DNA of 64,000 nt, from positions 64,001-128,000 of the IMG/VR virus record IMGVR_UViG_3300028833_000057. One strand, written 5' to 3'. This stretch comes from a virus (taxonomy: Duplodnaviria > Caudoviricetes). The notes beneath the pieces were generated by a model. That model was given only the letters and a program-made list of their open reading frames with translations, was not told the DNA's origin and searched no databases. The translations under genes and the position numbers were made by a program. This document shows, one piece after another, positions 28,387 through 38,330 of the stretch. How positions within the stretch are numbered: the stretch's first letter is position 1; each line of letters begins with the position of its first letter.

Positions 28387-28962
28387 TTATAGTGAGATAG
28401 CACATTTTTCTATATACTTAAAAGGTAGATTTCTTACATATAATGCATTTAATATTGTTTTACAAGATAAACCAGATATTTCTGACATTTCGTTTACAGT
28501 CCTTTCAGGAGAGTACCACTTGCCAATCTCTAGATCTCGTTTCAATCTAAAATATTCTAGCTTATGCCTATATAAAAATGCGCTTACATTATCTAATGGA
28601 ATGCCTGATAGCAAACTCATCTCTCTTGCTGTCAAATTCTTATTATAGAATTTCATAAATTCTTCAAAAGTATATTTTGCACAGTATTTATGTCCAGGTA
28701 ACTTCTTAGCTTTTTTATAGGGTAATTTATTACGTGATAATACATTATAAATACAATGAAAGGGAAGCCCGGATATTTCAGACATTTCTTTTATGGTTCT
28801 CTTACTATTATACCATTCAGGTATTGGCTGCCTTCTATCTTCTCTTTTACATTTTAAGTGATGCCTATAAATATATCTATATACTCTTTTACGAGATATT
28901 CCAGCCTTTTTAACCATTTCGTTTATGGTACAATTTTCATCGTACCATTCAGGAAGATCCAT
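28387..28962 (-). CDS. tandem HTH-repeat ('PEWY') protein, paralog 5
   Basis: 4 units; AAGGAGG RBS. Confidence 0.8.
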   Translation of the reverse strand: MDLPEWYDENCTINEMVKKAGISRKRVYRYIYRHHLKCKREDRRQPIPEWYNSKRTIKEMSEISGLPFHCIYNVLSRNKLPYKKAKKLPGHKYCAKYTFEEFMKFYNKNLTAREMSLLSGIPLDNVSAFLYRHKLEYFRLKRDLEIGKWYSPERTVNEMSEISGLSCKTILNALYVRNLPFKYIEKCAISL

Positions 28963-29069
28963 ACAAACCTCCTTGTTAAGTGTTATGAATTTTCCATTAT
29001 TTAATATATAGCGTGGGTCATAGAATTTACGAAAAAAAAAAAATAAGGATGTAGAGTCCTTATTCTTTT

Positions 29070-29384
29070 TTAGAGATCACTTATCAACTCTTCAAAAGGT
29101 ACGCCTTCAGCACCCTTACTCAAGAAGCTGAGCCACGTCTTGCAGATCGGGCCGTTAAGCAGCTCTTTGCAGAGCTGCTGGAATGAGTTCCAAGCCTTGC
29201 GTTCAAAGTTGACTGCCCAGAGCTTATCTGGGCCATCATAGGCGCCTTCTACATAGAAGGCGCCATCCTTCTTCTTAGAAAGGGAGACCAGACCGTCATT
29301 GCCCCAGGACTTTGCGTTCCCAAGGCAAGGCATGATCTTTACCTCAGAGTCACTTATTTTTTTAATCAGTTTTTCTTTTTCCAT
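29070..29384 (-). CDS. hypothetical protein (GC-richer codons)
   Basis: 104 aa, GAGGA RBS. Confidence 0.7.
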   Translation of the reverse strand: MEKEKLIKKISDSEVKIMPCLGNAKSWGNDGLVSLSKKKDGAFYVEGAYDGPDKLWAVNFERKAWNSFQQLCKELLNGPICKTWLSFLSKGAEGVPFEELISDL

Positions 29385-29543
29385 GGTATCCTCGCTTTAT
29401 TTATAGACCAACTTTATTGTTAATCCGATTTATAATATACTAAGGATCTTAGAAATTTTACGAAAAGAAAAAAGAAATGGCATAACCATTTCTTCAAATC
29501 TGTATCCATAATGGATCTAACGTCCATTACAGTCTTTGCTGCT

Positions 29544-29939
29544 TTATGCAACATTGAAAGTCAGCTTTTCCTTCATAGGCTTAGCGACGTAAATCTTGGC
29601 CTTCTTGATATTACGGTCAAGACCGCTTTCAGTAGTGATTATCCCAAGCGTCTTACGAAGCGTCTGTTTAATACCACACTCGCCAAGTTCCTGGAATGGA
29701 ATATTATGTGCTCTAGTAATAAGACTTTTCGTTCCAGAGACATACGTGATGTCTTCAATAAGAACGAACCTAACGATGCTATTAGACACCGCGTAGATAT
29801 CCTTTACAGTGCACACGGAATAATACTGATTCCGTACTGCCTTGACAAAGATACTATTGGAATGCTTTTTGAGCAACTGTTCAAGAATTACCCGATTCTC
29901 AAGCGAGAGAGCTTCGGGTTCCAATTTGTCATCAGCCAT
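29544..29939 (-). CDS. hypothetical protein
   Basis: GGAGG RBS and early promoter at about 29972 favour this frame over the antisense ORF. Confidence 0.65.
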   Translation of the reverse strand: MADDKLEPEALSLENRVILEQLLKKHSNSIFVKAVRNQYYSVCTVKDIYAVSNSIVRFVLIEDITYVSGTKSLITRAHNIPFQELGECGIKQTLRKTLGIITTESGLDRNIKKAKIYVAKPMKEKLTFNVA

Positions 29940-30030
29940 AAAACCTCCCTATTTTGAATTACAGCTACTATTTAATATATGTCATGACATATAGAATTTA
30001 CGAAAAATAAAAAGCCCCGAAGGGCTTATA

Positions 30031-30561
30031 TTACTTTGTAGCTGGTTCATCAAGCTCTTTAACATTGCAAATAAGCTTGTGTTCAAGTGATTTATTCAAG
30101 TCTGTGATAGCAAGATGCATAGCTAATTTGACTTGCAGCTTTACCTCTTTTTCTGTAATCGGTTTCAAATACTTGGTATACAAATCTTGTGTAAAATCAC
30201 TCTCTACTTTGATTTCTCTTGTAGTACGATCTTTTTCTATAATGATACGGATATAAGTTCCTATTTCGCATTCTCTAGCATAAGATCCAAATTCACTGAT
30301 AAGGATCTTTCCAGCTTTTTTAATGTAATAAAAACAAATTTCTCCAAAAGATTTATCTTTACGATAATCACGTATAAACCAATGATGCTCATAGTTAATA
30401 TCTTTTTCACGGCATTCTATAGCTTTTCTAATCTCCTCTTGTTTATTTTTTAAGGCGACCAGCTTATGTTTATCTTCATTTAAAGTCCGTTCAATATCAT
30501 AAATAGACTTTGAAATAGAACTATACTGTTCTTCTAGTGTCTTTTCTTCTTTCTTAGACAT
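30031..30561 (-). CDS. hypothetical protein
   Basis: 176 aa, own promoter and terminator. Confidence 0.7.
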   Translation of the reverse strand: MSKKEEKTLEEQYSSISKSIYDIERTLNEDKHKLVALKNKQEEIRKAIECREKDINYEHHWFIRDYRKDKSFGEICFYYIKKAGKILISEFGSYARECEIGTYIRIIIEKDRTTREIKVESDFTQDLYTKYLKPITEKEVKLQVKLAMHLAITDLNKSLEHKLICNVKELDEPATK

Positions 30562-30664
30562 ATGTTTCCTCTAGGGTTAAAGAATTCAAATCTTAATATA
30601 AATCTTCCTAAGAAAAATCTTCGAAAAAAAAAAGAAAAGGCCTACTTGAAAGTAAGCCTTGTTA

Positions 30665-30865
30665 TTAGTATTGCTTTTTCTTTTCTGCAAGTTTAGCGTT
30701 CAGTTCTTCAATAGTCTTCTCAAGGTAGTCGAAATATGCATCTGCATGTGACTTCAAATAATACTGTTGCCCTTCGGCTTTATTGCCGAAATCGTCTTCA
30801 CATTTTCCAGTAATATCGACATAGATTCCAGTTTCTTCCGGTCTTTTGACTTGTTCGTTGCTCAT
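30665..30865 (-). CDS. small hypothetical protein
   Basis: Likely start MSNEQ after AAGGAG. Confidence 0.65.
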   Translation of the reverse strand: MSNEQVKRPEETGIYVDITGKCEDDFGNKAEGQQYYLKSHADAYFDYLEKTIEELNAKLAEKKKQY

Positions 30866-30945
30866 TGTAACTCCTTTTTGAGCTGTACATATTATAATAT
30901 ACAAATAAAAAAAATAAAGGCCTACCCGAAGATAGACCTATTTAT

Positions 30946-31131
30946 TTAGCGACGTCTTGGTCTGATATAATCAAGAATATCTCTTATTACTGCCTTTTTC
31001 TTATCATCTAAAGACATAAGACTGTTAGTGATGTACTTCGTAGCTTTTATAATATCACCAAAGTTATATTTAGAAATTGGTTTACTAAGAAATTCTTCTT
31101 CCGTAGAAGTTTCTTTGTTACGTGTATACAT
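30946..31131 (-). CDS. small hypothetical protein
   Basis: GAGGT RBS. Confidence 0.55.
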   Translation of the reverse strand: MYTRNKETSTEEEFLSKPISKYNFGDIIKATKYITNSLMSLDDKKKAVIRDILDYIRPRRR

Positions 31132-31150
31132 AGTTTACCTCTAAAAGTTT

Positions 31151-32020
31151 CTAATTTTCATCTTCAAGGTCGGCAAACTCAGATAGGATCTTGTCTCTAA
31201 TCCAGATTGTTGGATGAGGCCAAAGATACCAGTCGCCCGGTTCACCTATATGGCTTTCATCCTCTGCGGCTTGCTTCTTATAATAATTGAGATAGAATAT
31301 AGGATTGCGCTGAATCTCAGCTACAGCTACATCCACCATTTTTGAAACAGTAAGATCTTCCAAGAAGGATAGTTTGTTAGTCTGAAAAGCTGTTCTTATA
31401 GAATTAATGAGATTCGCATTTTGTACTGTCTTGGCTTTAAATAAGAACAACACGAGCTGATTCCAGGATGATCCCACTTTCGGATTTCCTAATTTATCTT
31501 GCCTAGCTTCGGTAAAACTGTCTATGATTTTCTGGCTAAATAAGTCAAAATGATTGAAACGTCCATTTTTAGTATCTCTCAAGAACTTGCATAAGCCATC
31601 TATAGAGCGCTTAAGTCTTCCTAAATCTAGATGGCCTTTGTCAAACATTTGTATTCTTGAGTTTATTCGTTCGACTGTACAAGCTCCACTGGCAAGAATC
31701 GTGTTATACTTATATTTGTATTTTATAACATCGCTGCATATTTCTAGGGAATTCTCGAAATATCTTTTCTTAAGATACATGACATAAAGAGCCATGCAAT
31801 ATCTAGAGAATTTCGGAAATGCCGTAAATAGCGGATTTTTATAATTTGGATACATATAATCAAACATTGCCGTATTAAGATCAGACAAGAATGTTTTTAT
31901 TTCTGGAATCATGACTTTTTTGTTAAATCTAACTATACGTTTTAAATCGTTAATGAGCTTATAGCTCTTATAATCAACATTCTCCATTAAATTTGTCAAA
32001 TGGTTTTCTGCTTGTTTCAT
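31151..32020 (-). CDS. hypothetical protein
   Basis: 289-aa ORF, early promoter at about 32059. Confidence 0.7.
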   Translation of the reverse strand: MKQAENHLTNLMENVDYKSYKLINDLKRIVRFNKKVMIPEIKTFLSDLNTAMFDYMYPNYKNPLFTAFPKFSRYCMALYVMYLKKRYFENSLEICSDVIKYKYKYNTILASGACTVERINSRIQMFDKGHLDLGRLKRSIDGLCKFLRDTKNGRFNHFDLFSQKIIDSFTEARQDKLGNPKVGSSWNQLVLFLFKAKTVQNANLINSIRTAFQTNKLSFLEDLTVSKMVDVAVAEIQRNPIFYLNYYKKQAAEDESHIGEPGDWYLWPHPTIWIRDKILSEFADLEDEN

Positions 32021-32098
32021 TTTTATCTACCTTTGTAAAGCATAATGTTAAACATAGGTTAATATACAAATCAAAAAGAAAGCCCCGAAGGGCTTTAT

Positions 32099-32686
32099 CT
32101 ATTTATTGAGGGCACCTGCAATAATTGCATCAAAGAATTTTTCAGCTACTGCTATTCGTTCCATAGTGAATTTATTAAATTCATTCCTTCCGCCATGACA
32201 ATGGACTCCGGGGAAGAGATTAATGAATGAAACATCCGGCTTCATTTTATTCAAAGTCTTAAGCGGATTCATTGGCTTAATTACTTTTGTGTCAATCGTT
32301 CTAATTTGTGTATGCGAAAGGAAAATATCGTCATATTTTCCACTAAATCGGTCTCGCATATAGCCGCTTGTAAGATCTGATGCTGCAGCATTCTGCTTTA
32401 GAAATTCCAGAATAAATGGCATATACCTCTTTCCACTGATTTGTCCTTGAATGTCATAGAGGTCGTTATATCGTGTGTCTCTGCCGAAGTTCATTTGAAG
32501 AAATTCTTTCTTAGGTTTATCATTAGCAAGCATATAAGTCTTTACGCTGTCACAATCATAGTGCCATGAGTACTTCTTATAGAAAGTAAATCCGGCATTC
32601 TTACAGGCTTCCTCGTCATCTAGGAATGTAAAGAACTTGACTAGGATGTTCTTTACCGCTTGGCATTCATTATCGAAATTAGACAT
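32099..32686 (-). CDS. hypothetical protein
   Basis: 195 aa, AAGGAG RBS. Confidence 0.7.
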   Translation of the reverse strand: MSNFDNECQAVKNILVKFFTFLDDEEACKNAGFTFYKKYSWHYDCDSVKTYMLANDKPKKEFLQMNFGRDTRYNDLYDIQGQISGKRYMPFILEFLKQNAAASDLTSGYMRDRFSGKYDDIFLSHTQIRTIDTKVIKPMNPLKTLNKMKPDVSFINLFPGVHCHGGRNEFNKFTMERIAVAEKFFDAIIAGALNK

Positions 32687-32763
32687 GATTCTCCTTTGTT
32701 GATTAAATGAATCATAATATAATATACAAAAAAAAAGGTCTACCTGAAAGTAGACCTAAACTC

Positions 32764-33105
32764 TTAGCCATTATCAGGCGGAAGCTCATAAAGCGTTCCG
32801 TCCTCTCTGGCCTCAACAAATTTCTCTCTTTTGGCTATATACGTAGCCGGATCATAGTTTACGATATCTTTGGGTACTTTTGTCATGTCTATTGTAAACG
32901 GATTCTTTAATGCTTCTATGATTTCAGAGCAGTTAACTTCAACGATATTTTCATCATTATAGTATGTAAAATCTTTTTCTAATCGATTTCTTCCGTTGAA
33001 TTCTTCGAACTTTCTCAAAAGAAGTTTTCTGTTTTCTTCTGTGACAAATCCGCATAACGGAAATTTCATACTCTCGATATTATAAATGATTAGAAGTTTA
33101 TCCAT
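32764..33105 (-). CDS. hypothetical protein
   Basis: 113 aa, AAGGA RBS. Confidence 0.7.
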   Translation of the reverse strand: MDKLLIIYNIESMKFPLCGFVTEENRKLLLRKFEEFNGRNRLEKDFTYYNDENIVEVNCSEIIEALKNPFTIDMTKVPKDIVNYDPATYIAKREKFVEAREDGTLYELPPDNG

Positions 33106-33129
33106 TTGTGTTTCCTTTCTTTAGATATT

Positions 33130-33368
33130 CATGGTACGAGGGAACACGGCTCCTAGCCCCTCGTACCTACGCAATTCCACCATCCGACGAACCGATAAAA
33201 GCCTTCCTCGCCGTAACTTCTCTACCTCCCGAAGGTGGTGTGTCTCCTGCGTACTTTGTAGCCCTAGTGCTGACTGACAGCTTCACGACTGAACCGTGTA
33301 GGTACGTCTTTGACGTTTTACTCGTTTGAAGTCGTGGGCGATCGTTACTTCGCCGAATAAGAGGGCAT
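33130..33368 (-). ncRNA. GC-rich structured intergenic RNA candidate
   Basis: Nested stems GCCCT/AGGGC, GGCGA/TCGCC, CACGACT/AGTCGTG, TACGCA/TGCGTA and 10-bp GGTACGAGGG/CCCTCGTACC. Confidence 0.5.
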
Positions 33369-33374
33369 TTATAA

Positions 33375-34793
33375 TTATCTATTAGCTTTATGAAATTTTC
33401 TTACACATGCTTGAATATCGTTGATTGTAGAATCATCGACATGGCATACACTAGGCTGTTGTAATCTTTTATAATCATATCTATCAAGATTTACAGTAGC
33501 TATCTTTTCTCCTTTATAGAAGATATCAACTTCTGGATCTATATAATCATCGTCAATATAGCAATCATCATTCCAGTCATCATCAGCTTCACATTTATTG
33601 TCTCGCATAATAATGCGAGTATCTCCATTTCCTTCAATGTCTTCATAAATATAGAATCTAACATATTCATCCGATCCATATCGTACATGATCTTTTTTAA
33701 CTAAAATCCCACCTATTCTCTTTGTTGAAATCTTGTGGAAATCATACTTATGTCTTGTTTTGTACGCGGTTACTGAATCTTTATACTCTTGAATAGAATC
33801 TGCTATTTCTTTTATTCTTTCTTTGTATATTTCAATAAGACTTTCGCATGAATATCTTTTAAGATTATCATCAAGATAGGCTTTCATTTTTCTTTCAGTT
33901 TCTTTAATCTGTTTAGCAAATGGTAATATTGTATTATAACATTTCTTATATGCTTTTACAGAATCTTTATATGCCTGAATAGAATCCTGTTTGTACTGAA
34001 TTATTTCTCTATATTTATTTTCTATCCAATCACATCTTGTATATCTATCAAAGGTTAGATAAAGGTATTCCTTAAAATCTTTTTCTTTTTCATTTGTTTT
34101 CTTTGACAATGGACGGACTCTTGTAAAACATTCTTCTAATTCTATTATAGAATCTCTAGTCCACGCCACAGAGTCGTTATATACCTGAATGGAATCTCGA
34201 ATTTCCTTTATTCTAGTTTTATATGCTTCTGCAATACTTTCACAAGAAAATCTTTTATTCTCTTTAAGATAAGTTCTCATATCTTCTTCAGATTCGTTTA
34301 TCTTTTTAGCTAAAGGTAAGATCCAATGATAGCATTCCACAGAGTCGTTATATGCCTGAATGGAATCTCGAATATATGAATCTCGAATCTCTTTTATTCT
34401 AGTTTCATAAGCTAAAATTGAATCTTTATATGCTTTGATGGAGTCTTCAACTAGAATTGTATGAATAGAATCTGCTATTTCTTTTATTCTTTCTTTATCA
34501 GAGCATTTAATATACGCGTACTCATCATTTATTTCGACGAAAATAGTTCCATCTGGAAAACATTCACCAAGATGTTTAGTAGTACAACATTCATGTTCTT
34601 TTCCAAAAGAATAATAGTCTTTTGAATAATACTCAATATCATTTGTAGAACATCCTGTCCATTCGTGAAGAGTTTCAGACCATTCACAAGTAGAATTAGA
34701 TGAAGCTTCAAAATCTTCAGGATGACGGTCTAATAATAAGGCCGGAACACACCCTATTTGCAAGATACTTAAAAGAAATACAAGTTTCCTCAT
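33375..34793 (-). CDS. secreted/lipoprotein-like protein with internal DSI(Q/K)AY(K/N)DS repeats
   Basis: Signal-peptide-like N-terminus with LQIGC; repeated 'KERIKEIADSI' and 'DSIQAYNDSV' units with paired Cys. Confidence 0.65.
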   Translation of the reverse strand: MRKLVFLLSILQIGCVPALLLDRHPEDFEASSNSTCEWSETLHEWTGCSTNDIEYYSKDYYSFGKEHECCTTKHLGECFPDGTIFVEINDEYAYIKCSDKERIKEIADSIHTILVEDSIKAYKDSILAYETRIKEIRDSYIRDSIQAYNDSVECYHWILPLAKKINESEEDMRTYLKENKRFSCESIAEAYKTRIKEIRDSIQVYNDSVAWTRDSIIELEECFTRVRPLSKKTNEKEKDFKEYLYLTFDRYTRCDWIENKYREIIQYKQDSIQAYKDSVKAYKKCYNTILPFAKQIKETERKMKAYLDDNLKRYSCESLIEIYKERIKEIADSIQEYKDSVTAYKTRHKYDFHKISTKRIGGILVKKDHVRYGSDEYVRFYIYEDIEGNGDTRIIMRDNKCEADDDWNDDCYIDDDYIDPEVDIFYKGEKIATVNLDRYDYKRLQQPSVCHVDDSTINDIQACVRKFHKANR

Positions 34794-34891
34794 TATAAGT
34801 TTCTTCCTTTATTTATGGTTGAATTATATGCTTTGTAATATACAAATCAAAGAATAAAAGACTTATCTGAAATTAGGTATTAAATTTAAGA

Positions 34892-35212
34892 TTAATGAAT
34901 ACTTTGTAAATTAAAACATCCCGGATATTGCTTATCAAGAAATTTCCTTAGTCCTTTAAAATTTCTTATTCCAAAAGTCATAGCATCTTTTTCTAAATTA
35001 AAATGCCCAGCAAGATAAGACACCGCTAAAGTATGTTTTGCCTCATCAATAGATGAATGAGTCTCTGCTCTTAAGGCATTTATATGATAATCCAAGAAAG
35101 CTTCATATTGCTCTTTCTCTCTTTTAAATTCAAGGCAAATTTTTATAAATTCTATAATTAATGTAAATGTAGTTATAATTAATGTAAATACAGCAATCAT
35201 ATTAATCTCCAT
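34892..35212 (-). CDS. small membrane protein
   Basis: N-terminal hydrophobic helix. Confidence 0.6.
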   Translation of the reverse strand: MEINMIAVFTLIITTFTLIIEFIKICLEFKREKEQYEAFLDYHINALRAETHSSIDEAKHTLAVSYLAGHFNLEKDAMTFGIRNFKGLRKFLDKQYPGCFNLQSIH

Positions 35213-35649
35213 TTGGTTTAACTAATCACACTCCACAATACTAGCAACTTGCCCGAAATATTCCGATAAGTATTTATCATATACCTGCTGAACCAAAGAT
35301 TCCTTATCGGAATATTCTGGATCAATATTTCTCATTTCTGATTTAAATGACATAATAACCTCTTATATTTGAGTTCATTTTATAATATATTATGCAAATT
35401 TAAAAAAAATAAAAGGCATCCTAAGATACCTTATACTTATTATAATATTCAGCTTCCCTAGCTATGTCATCATCCAACTCAGTCATAGCATCTCGAATAT
35501 TTTTTCTGATATCTATTTTTTTAGAATGCTTAGTGGGTTTATTATTCTTTGGCATGGATACCTCCTTTTTAAGATTTCATAGCTTAATATAAATGAGTAG
35601 ATATAATCTTTACGGAAAAATAAAAGGCATCATAAAGATGCCTTATTTA

Positions 35650-35931
35650 TTATACCATGTATGATTCATAATCTGCACGACCTTCGGATCGAATTCTAGC
35701 TTCAGTGCTAGATGCCGATGCAGATGCACTTAATCCACGACTTTGTTTCTTTTTCTTCTGTTTATTAGTCTTTTTTCTTTTTATTATTGCTTTAGCCAAA
35801 ACTTTCTTTCCAAAATCTATTAACTCTTGGTCAACACCCATGTCCGGGGTTATGACTTTCTTTGTTGATTTAGAATTTATTTTATTATCTTTCTTAGACT
35901 TTGCAGTAGTTGTCATTATTCCTCCCGACAT
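35650..35931 (-). CDS. small basic protein
   Basis: Lys-rich 93-aa ORF. Confidence 0.55.
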   Translation of the reverse strand: MSGGIMTTTAKSKKDNKINSKSTKKVITPDMGVDQELIDFGKKVLAKAIIKRKKTNKQKKKKQSRGLSASASASSTEARIRSEGRADYESYMV

Positions 35932-36227
35932 TCTAGAGATACTGGATATGGGAAATTTTCCAATGCACCACCACCAGAATGTGCTCCCGGATGAGGTACA
36001 TGATAATTTTCATTGATGATCTTGCACTTGGTCTTCTTATTAGGAACCTGCATTTCAAGGCATGTAGCTGCTAAAGAACCGCCGCCAGCCTTATATCCAG
36101 CTTCCTTTTGTATCTGTTGCTTGGCAGATTCGCATTGTGCTAGAGTTCTAAATTGTAGGTCTGTATTTATGCCACCATGATAGCTATTAATTACCAATAC
36201 AAAGATTATTTTAAACATTATCTTCAT
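35916..36227 (-). CDS. small exported-type protein with paired cysteines
   Basis: Hydrophobic N-terminus; 'FRTLAQCESAK...ATCL'. Confidence 0.55.
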   Translation of the reverse strand: MKIMFKIIFVLVINSYHGGINTDLQFRTLAQCESAKQQIQKEAGYKAGGGSLAATCLEMQVPNKKTKCKIINENYHVPHPGAHSGGGALENFPYPVSLECREE

Positions 36228-36621
36228 CCTTTACTTTAAGATTAGGTAATCCGAATTCATAACCTATAACAAAATAGTTAAAATCTATATCTTCATGAAG
36301 TTCACGTAATTTTTTCACAAGTTCTGAAGAATAATAATTTTTAACTGTATCATCTAAGAATATTTCTCTTTTAACAATGTAACCATGCATTCCCTCCATA
36401 ACTTCTCGTAAAAGTTTAACGGGATTACTATAAAAGGTAGTATACATCCATGGTAAATACCGCCAATCTTTATGAGCAGCAGATTCTACTAGAGTAAAGC
36501 AACATGAGCCTTTGGTTATAATATCTTCTATAAGCCAAGGCTCATATTTCTCTAAGAATGCCTCCATCTGGTCTAAGCTTTTATGCTTTATAACCACTCG
36601 AAATTCATTAGCATTTATCAT
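36211..36621 (-). CDS. hypothetical protein
   Basis: 136-aa ORF. Confidence 0.6.
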   Translation of the reverse strand: MINANEFRVVIKHKSLDQMEAFLEKYEPWLIEDIITKGSCCFTLVESAAHKDWRYLPWMYTTFYSNPVKLLREVMEGMHGYIVKREIFLDDTVKNYYSSELVKKLRELHEDIDFNYFVIGYEFGLPNLKVKDEDNV

Positions 36622-36785
36622 ACTTCATTGCCTTTTCTTGCACTTGGACATGTCGTCTTAACTGGACATTTTGAGCATAAACCATTATTATAGTAATAAT
36701 AGCACATGACATTTTCCTTAACAAATCCTGGTGCAGTTTTTAGCATTTCAATGAAATCACGAACTTGATCTTCGGTAAATTTCAT
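36618..36785 (-). CDS. 55-aa Cys-rich protein (not in the ORF track)
   Basis: Manual translation MKFTEDQVRDFIEMLK...CYYYYNNGLCSKCPVKTTCPS...; AAGGTGG RBS. Confidence 0.55.
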   Translation of the reverse strand: MKFTEDQVRDFIEMLKTAPGFVKENVMCYYYYNNGLCSKCPVKTTCPSARKGNEV

Positions 36786-36797
36786 ACAACTACCACC

Positions 36798-37097
36798 TTA
36801 GTTAGCAGTTATTTTAAATAATCCTGAAGAATAATCATCATACTTATCATCACCAGATGATACTATCTTAGTCCTAAGTTCTTCCATGCACTTGATAAAT
36901 TCAGGTTCATATTCTTTATCAAAAGATACAATAACCGCAGTATAGCCTAGTTCACTATTAACAAAATCCTTCAGAAAGTTGACAGGAATTTTGTGCTGAA
37001 TAAAGATATCATCTGCCAAGTTATTCTTATTGTCTAAATAAGTATATTGAACTGTATCGCCTAATATTTCTTCATTTTTCATTTTTATGTAATTCAT
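36798..37097 (-). CDS. hypothetical protein
   Basis: 99 aa, AAGGA RBS. Confidence 0.65.
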   Translation of the reverse strand: MNYIKMKNEEILGDTVQYTYLDNKNNLADDIFIQHKIPVNFLKDFVNSELGYTAVIVSFDKEYEPEFIKCMEELRTKIVSSGDDKYDDYSSGLFKITAN

Positions 37098-37107
37098 AAT
37101 TTATTCC

Positions 37108-37623
37108 TTAAAATTTAGTTGACTTACCATCAAACGTAAGCCATTGATCATCACCTTCATCTCGTTGCTCATAATCAATTTGATATATCTTACGACTATC
37201 AAAATCTACGATATATATCATTGTTGAAGAGTCACCTTCATCATCCATTAAGCCTTCATAGAATACAAGAATATTGAAAGCATCAAGATATTGCTTCTTA
37301 AATTTCTTATGGAACTTACTAATTTTATCGTAATCTACACGATCTTGTAAGAAATCGTCTTCATCATCTTCTGGATAGAAGATATCATTATCTGGATTCT
37401 TTAGGAAAGTCTTTCCACCAAGTAAAGTAATTAGTCTCTTAAAGACTTTATTATCGCCTTCAGATATCGTTAGAAGTTCATCTTTTTCTTCATCAAAAGT
37501 AAAGATTTGTTCACCATATACAGTAGTCTTATTTAGCAGAACTGTTCTTGCATCTTCTGGATTGTTTGTATCCTTAATCCATTCAGCTATAAAATTTACG
37601 TGCTTTTTGTATTTCGATTTCAT
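37108..37623 (-). CDS. acidic hypothetical protein
   Basis: 171 aa, early promoter at about 37666. Confidence 0.7.
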   Translation of the reverse strand: MKSKYKKHVNFIAEWIKDTNNPEDARTVLLNKTTVYGEQIFTFDEEKDELLTISEGDNKVFKRLITLLGGKTFLKNPDNDIFYPEDDEDDFLQDRVDYDKISKFHKKFKKQYLDAFNILVFYEGLMDDEGDSSTMIYIVDFDSRKIYQIDYEQRDEGDDQWLTFDGKSTKF

Positions 37624-37717
37624 ATTATTTTCCCTTGTTAAAATATTTTAAATAATACCCAAGTATTAATATATAGAAAAAATAAAAAGGTATCATGGAG
37701 ATACCTATTTTATTTTC

Positions 37718-37924
37718 CTAATTTTCTTCAGCAACTTCAGCTAGAGCTTGTCTAGTGCAAATATTTATAAAACGATCTTCACTTCGCTTAGCTCTCTTGC
37801 GAACTTTCTTACATGCCTTGCGGACATATTTAGAAACTCCCTTAGATTCAAATGCTTCATAATGCCCTCGGGCTGCTGTCTTAAAAATATCAGGTGCCAG
37901 ACTGTGGCTGTTTGCTTTTGCCAT
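37718..37924 (-). CDS. small basic protein
   Basis: 68 aa, AAGGA RBS. Confidence 0.6.
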   Translation of the reverse strand: MAKANSHSLAPDIFKTAARGHYEAFESKGVSKYVRKACKKVRKRAKRSEDRFINICTRQALAEVAEEN

Positions 37925-37937
37925 ATTTATATTTCCT

Positions 37938-38330
37938 TTAATTCCAAAGGTTAAAAAACCATTTATGAAACAAGCTCATAGCCTTGTCAACAATTTTCCA
38001 ATTTTCTTCAACTACAGCGCTATCCCAGTAAAAATGTTCTGGATAGATCTCAAATCCTTTAATCATTGCATCTAAGATTTCTTGCCATTCTGCAGAAGTA
38101 ATACTGCCGGGATGATCTCCCACTTGTTCAGCATGTTCTTTGAAAGCTTTTAAGCGAGGTGCTATAAATTTTGCAATAGTACAATCAAGACTCCAGAGTT
38201 CTGTATCATCAAAGCCTCTTGTAAGACGTTGAAGTTTCCATTCATCTGCTCTGTCATCAGTATCTTTACCTAAGGTAAAATTGACATTCTTAATTCCAAT
38301 CGGATCTATATTTTTTATATCTACAGCCAT
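37938..38330 (-). CDS. conserved phage hypothetical protein
   Basis: 'ELWSLDCTIAKFIAPRLKAFK...EWQEILDAMIKGFE...FHKWFFNLW' is a pattern common in phage hypotheticals. Confidence 0.75.
   Translation of the reverse strand: MAVDIKNIDPIGIKNVNFTLGKDTDDRADEWKLQRLTRGFDDTELWSLDCTIAKFIAPRLKAFKEHAEQVGDHPGSITSAEWQEILDAMIKGFEIYPEHFYWDSAVVEENWKIVDKAMSLFHKWFFNLWN

Noticed and set aside
18419-28962. PEWY proteins as homing endonucleases or transposases
   Set aside because: No nuclease or DDE catalytic motif and no terminal inverted repeats seen.
29511-29957. 148-aa + strand ORF and many other antisense or overlapping ORFs in the track (e.g. 3396-3971, 8436-8852, 11304-11795, 43418-43801)
   Set aside because: Shadow frames of real opposite-strand genes; no RBS or promoter support.
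22300-32100. Recurrent intergenic repeats as a CRISPR array or integron attC sites
   Set aside because: Spacing is gene-sized and irregular, the repeats are terminator/promoter sequences, and there is no cas gene or integrase.
33108-33329. 73-aa + strand ORF in the GC-rich gap
   Set aside because: No RBS, against the local transcription direction, and better explained by structured RNA.
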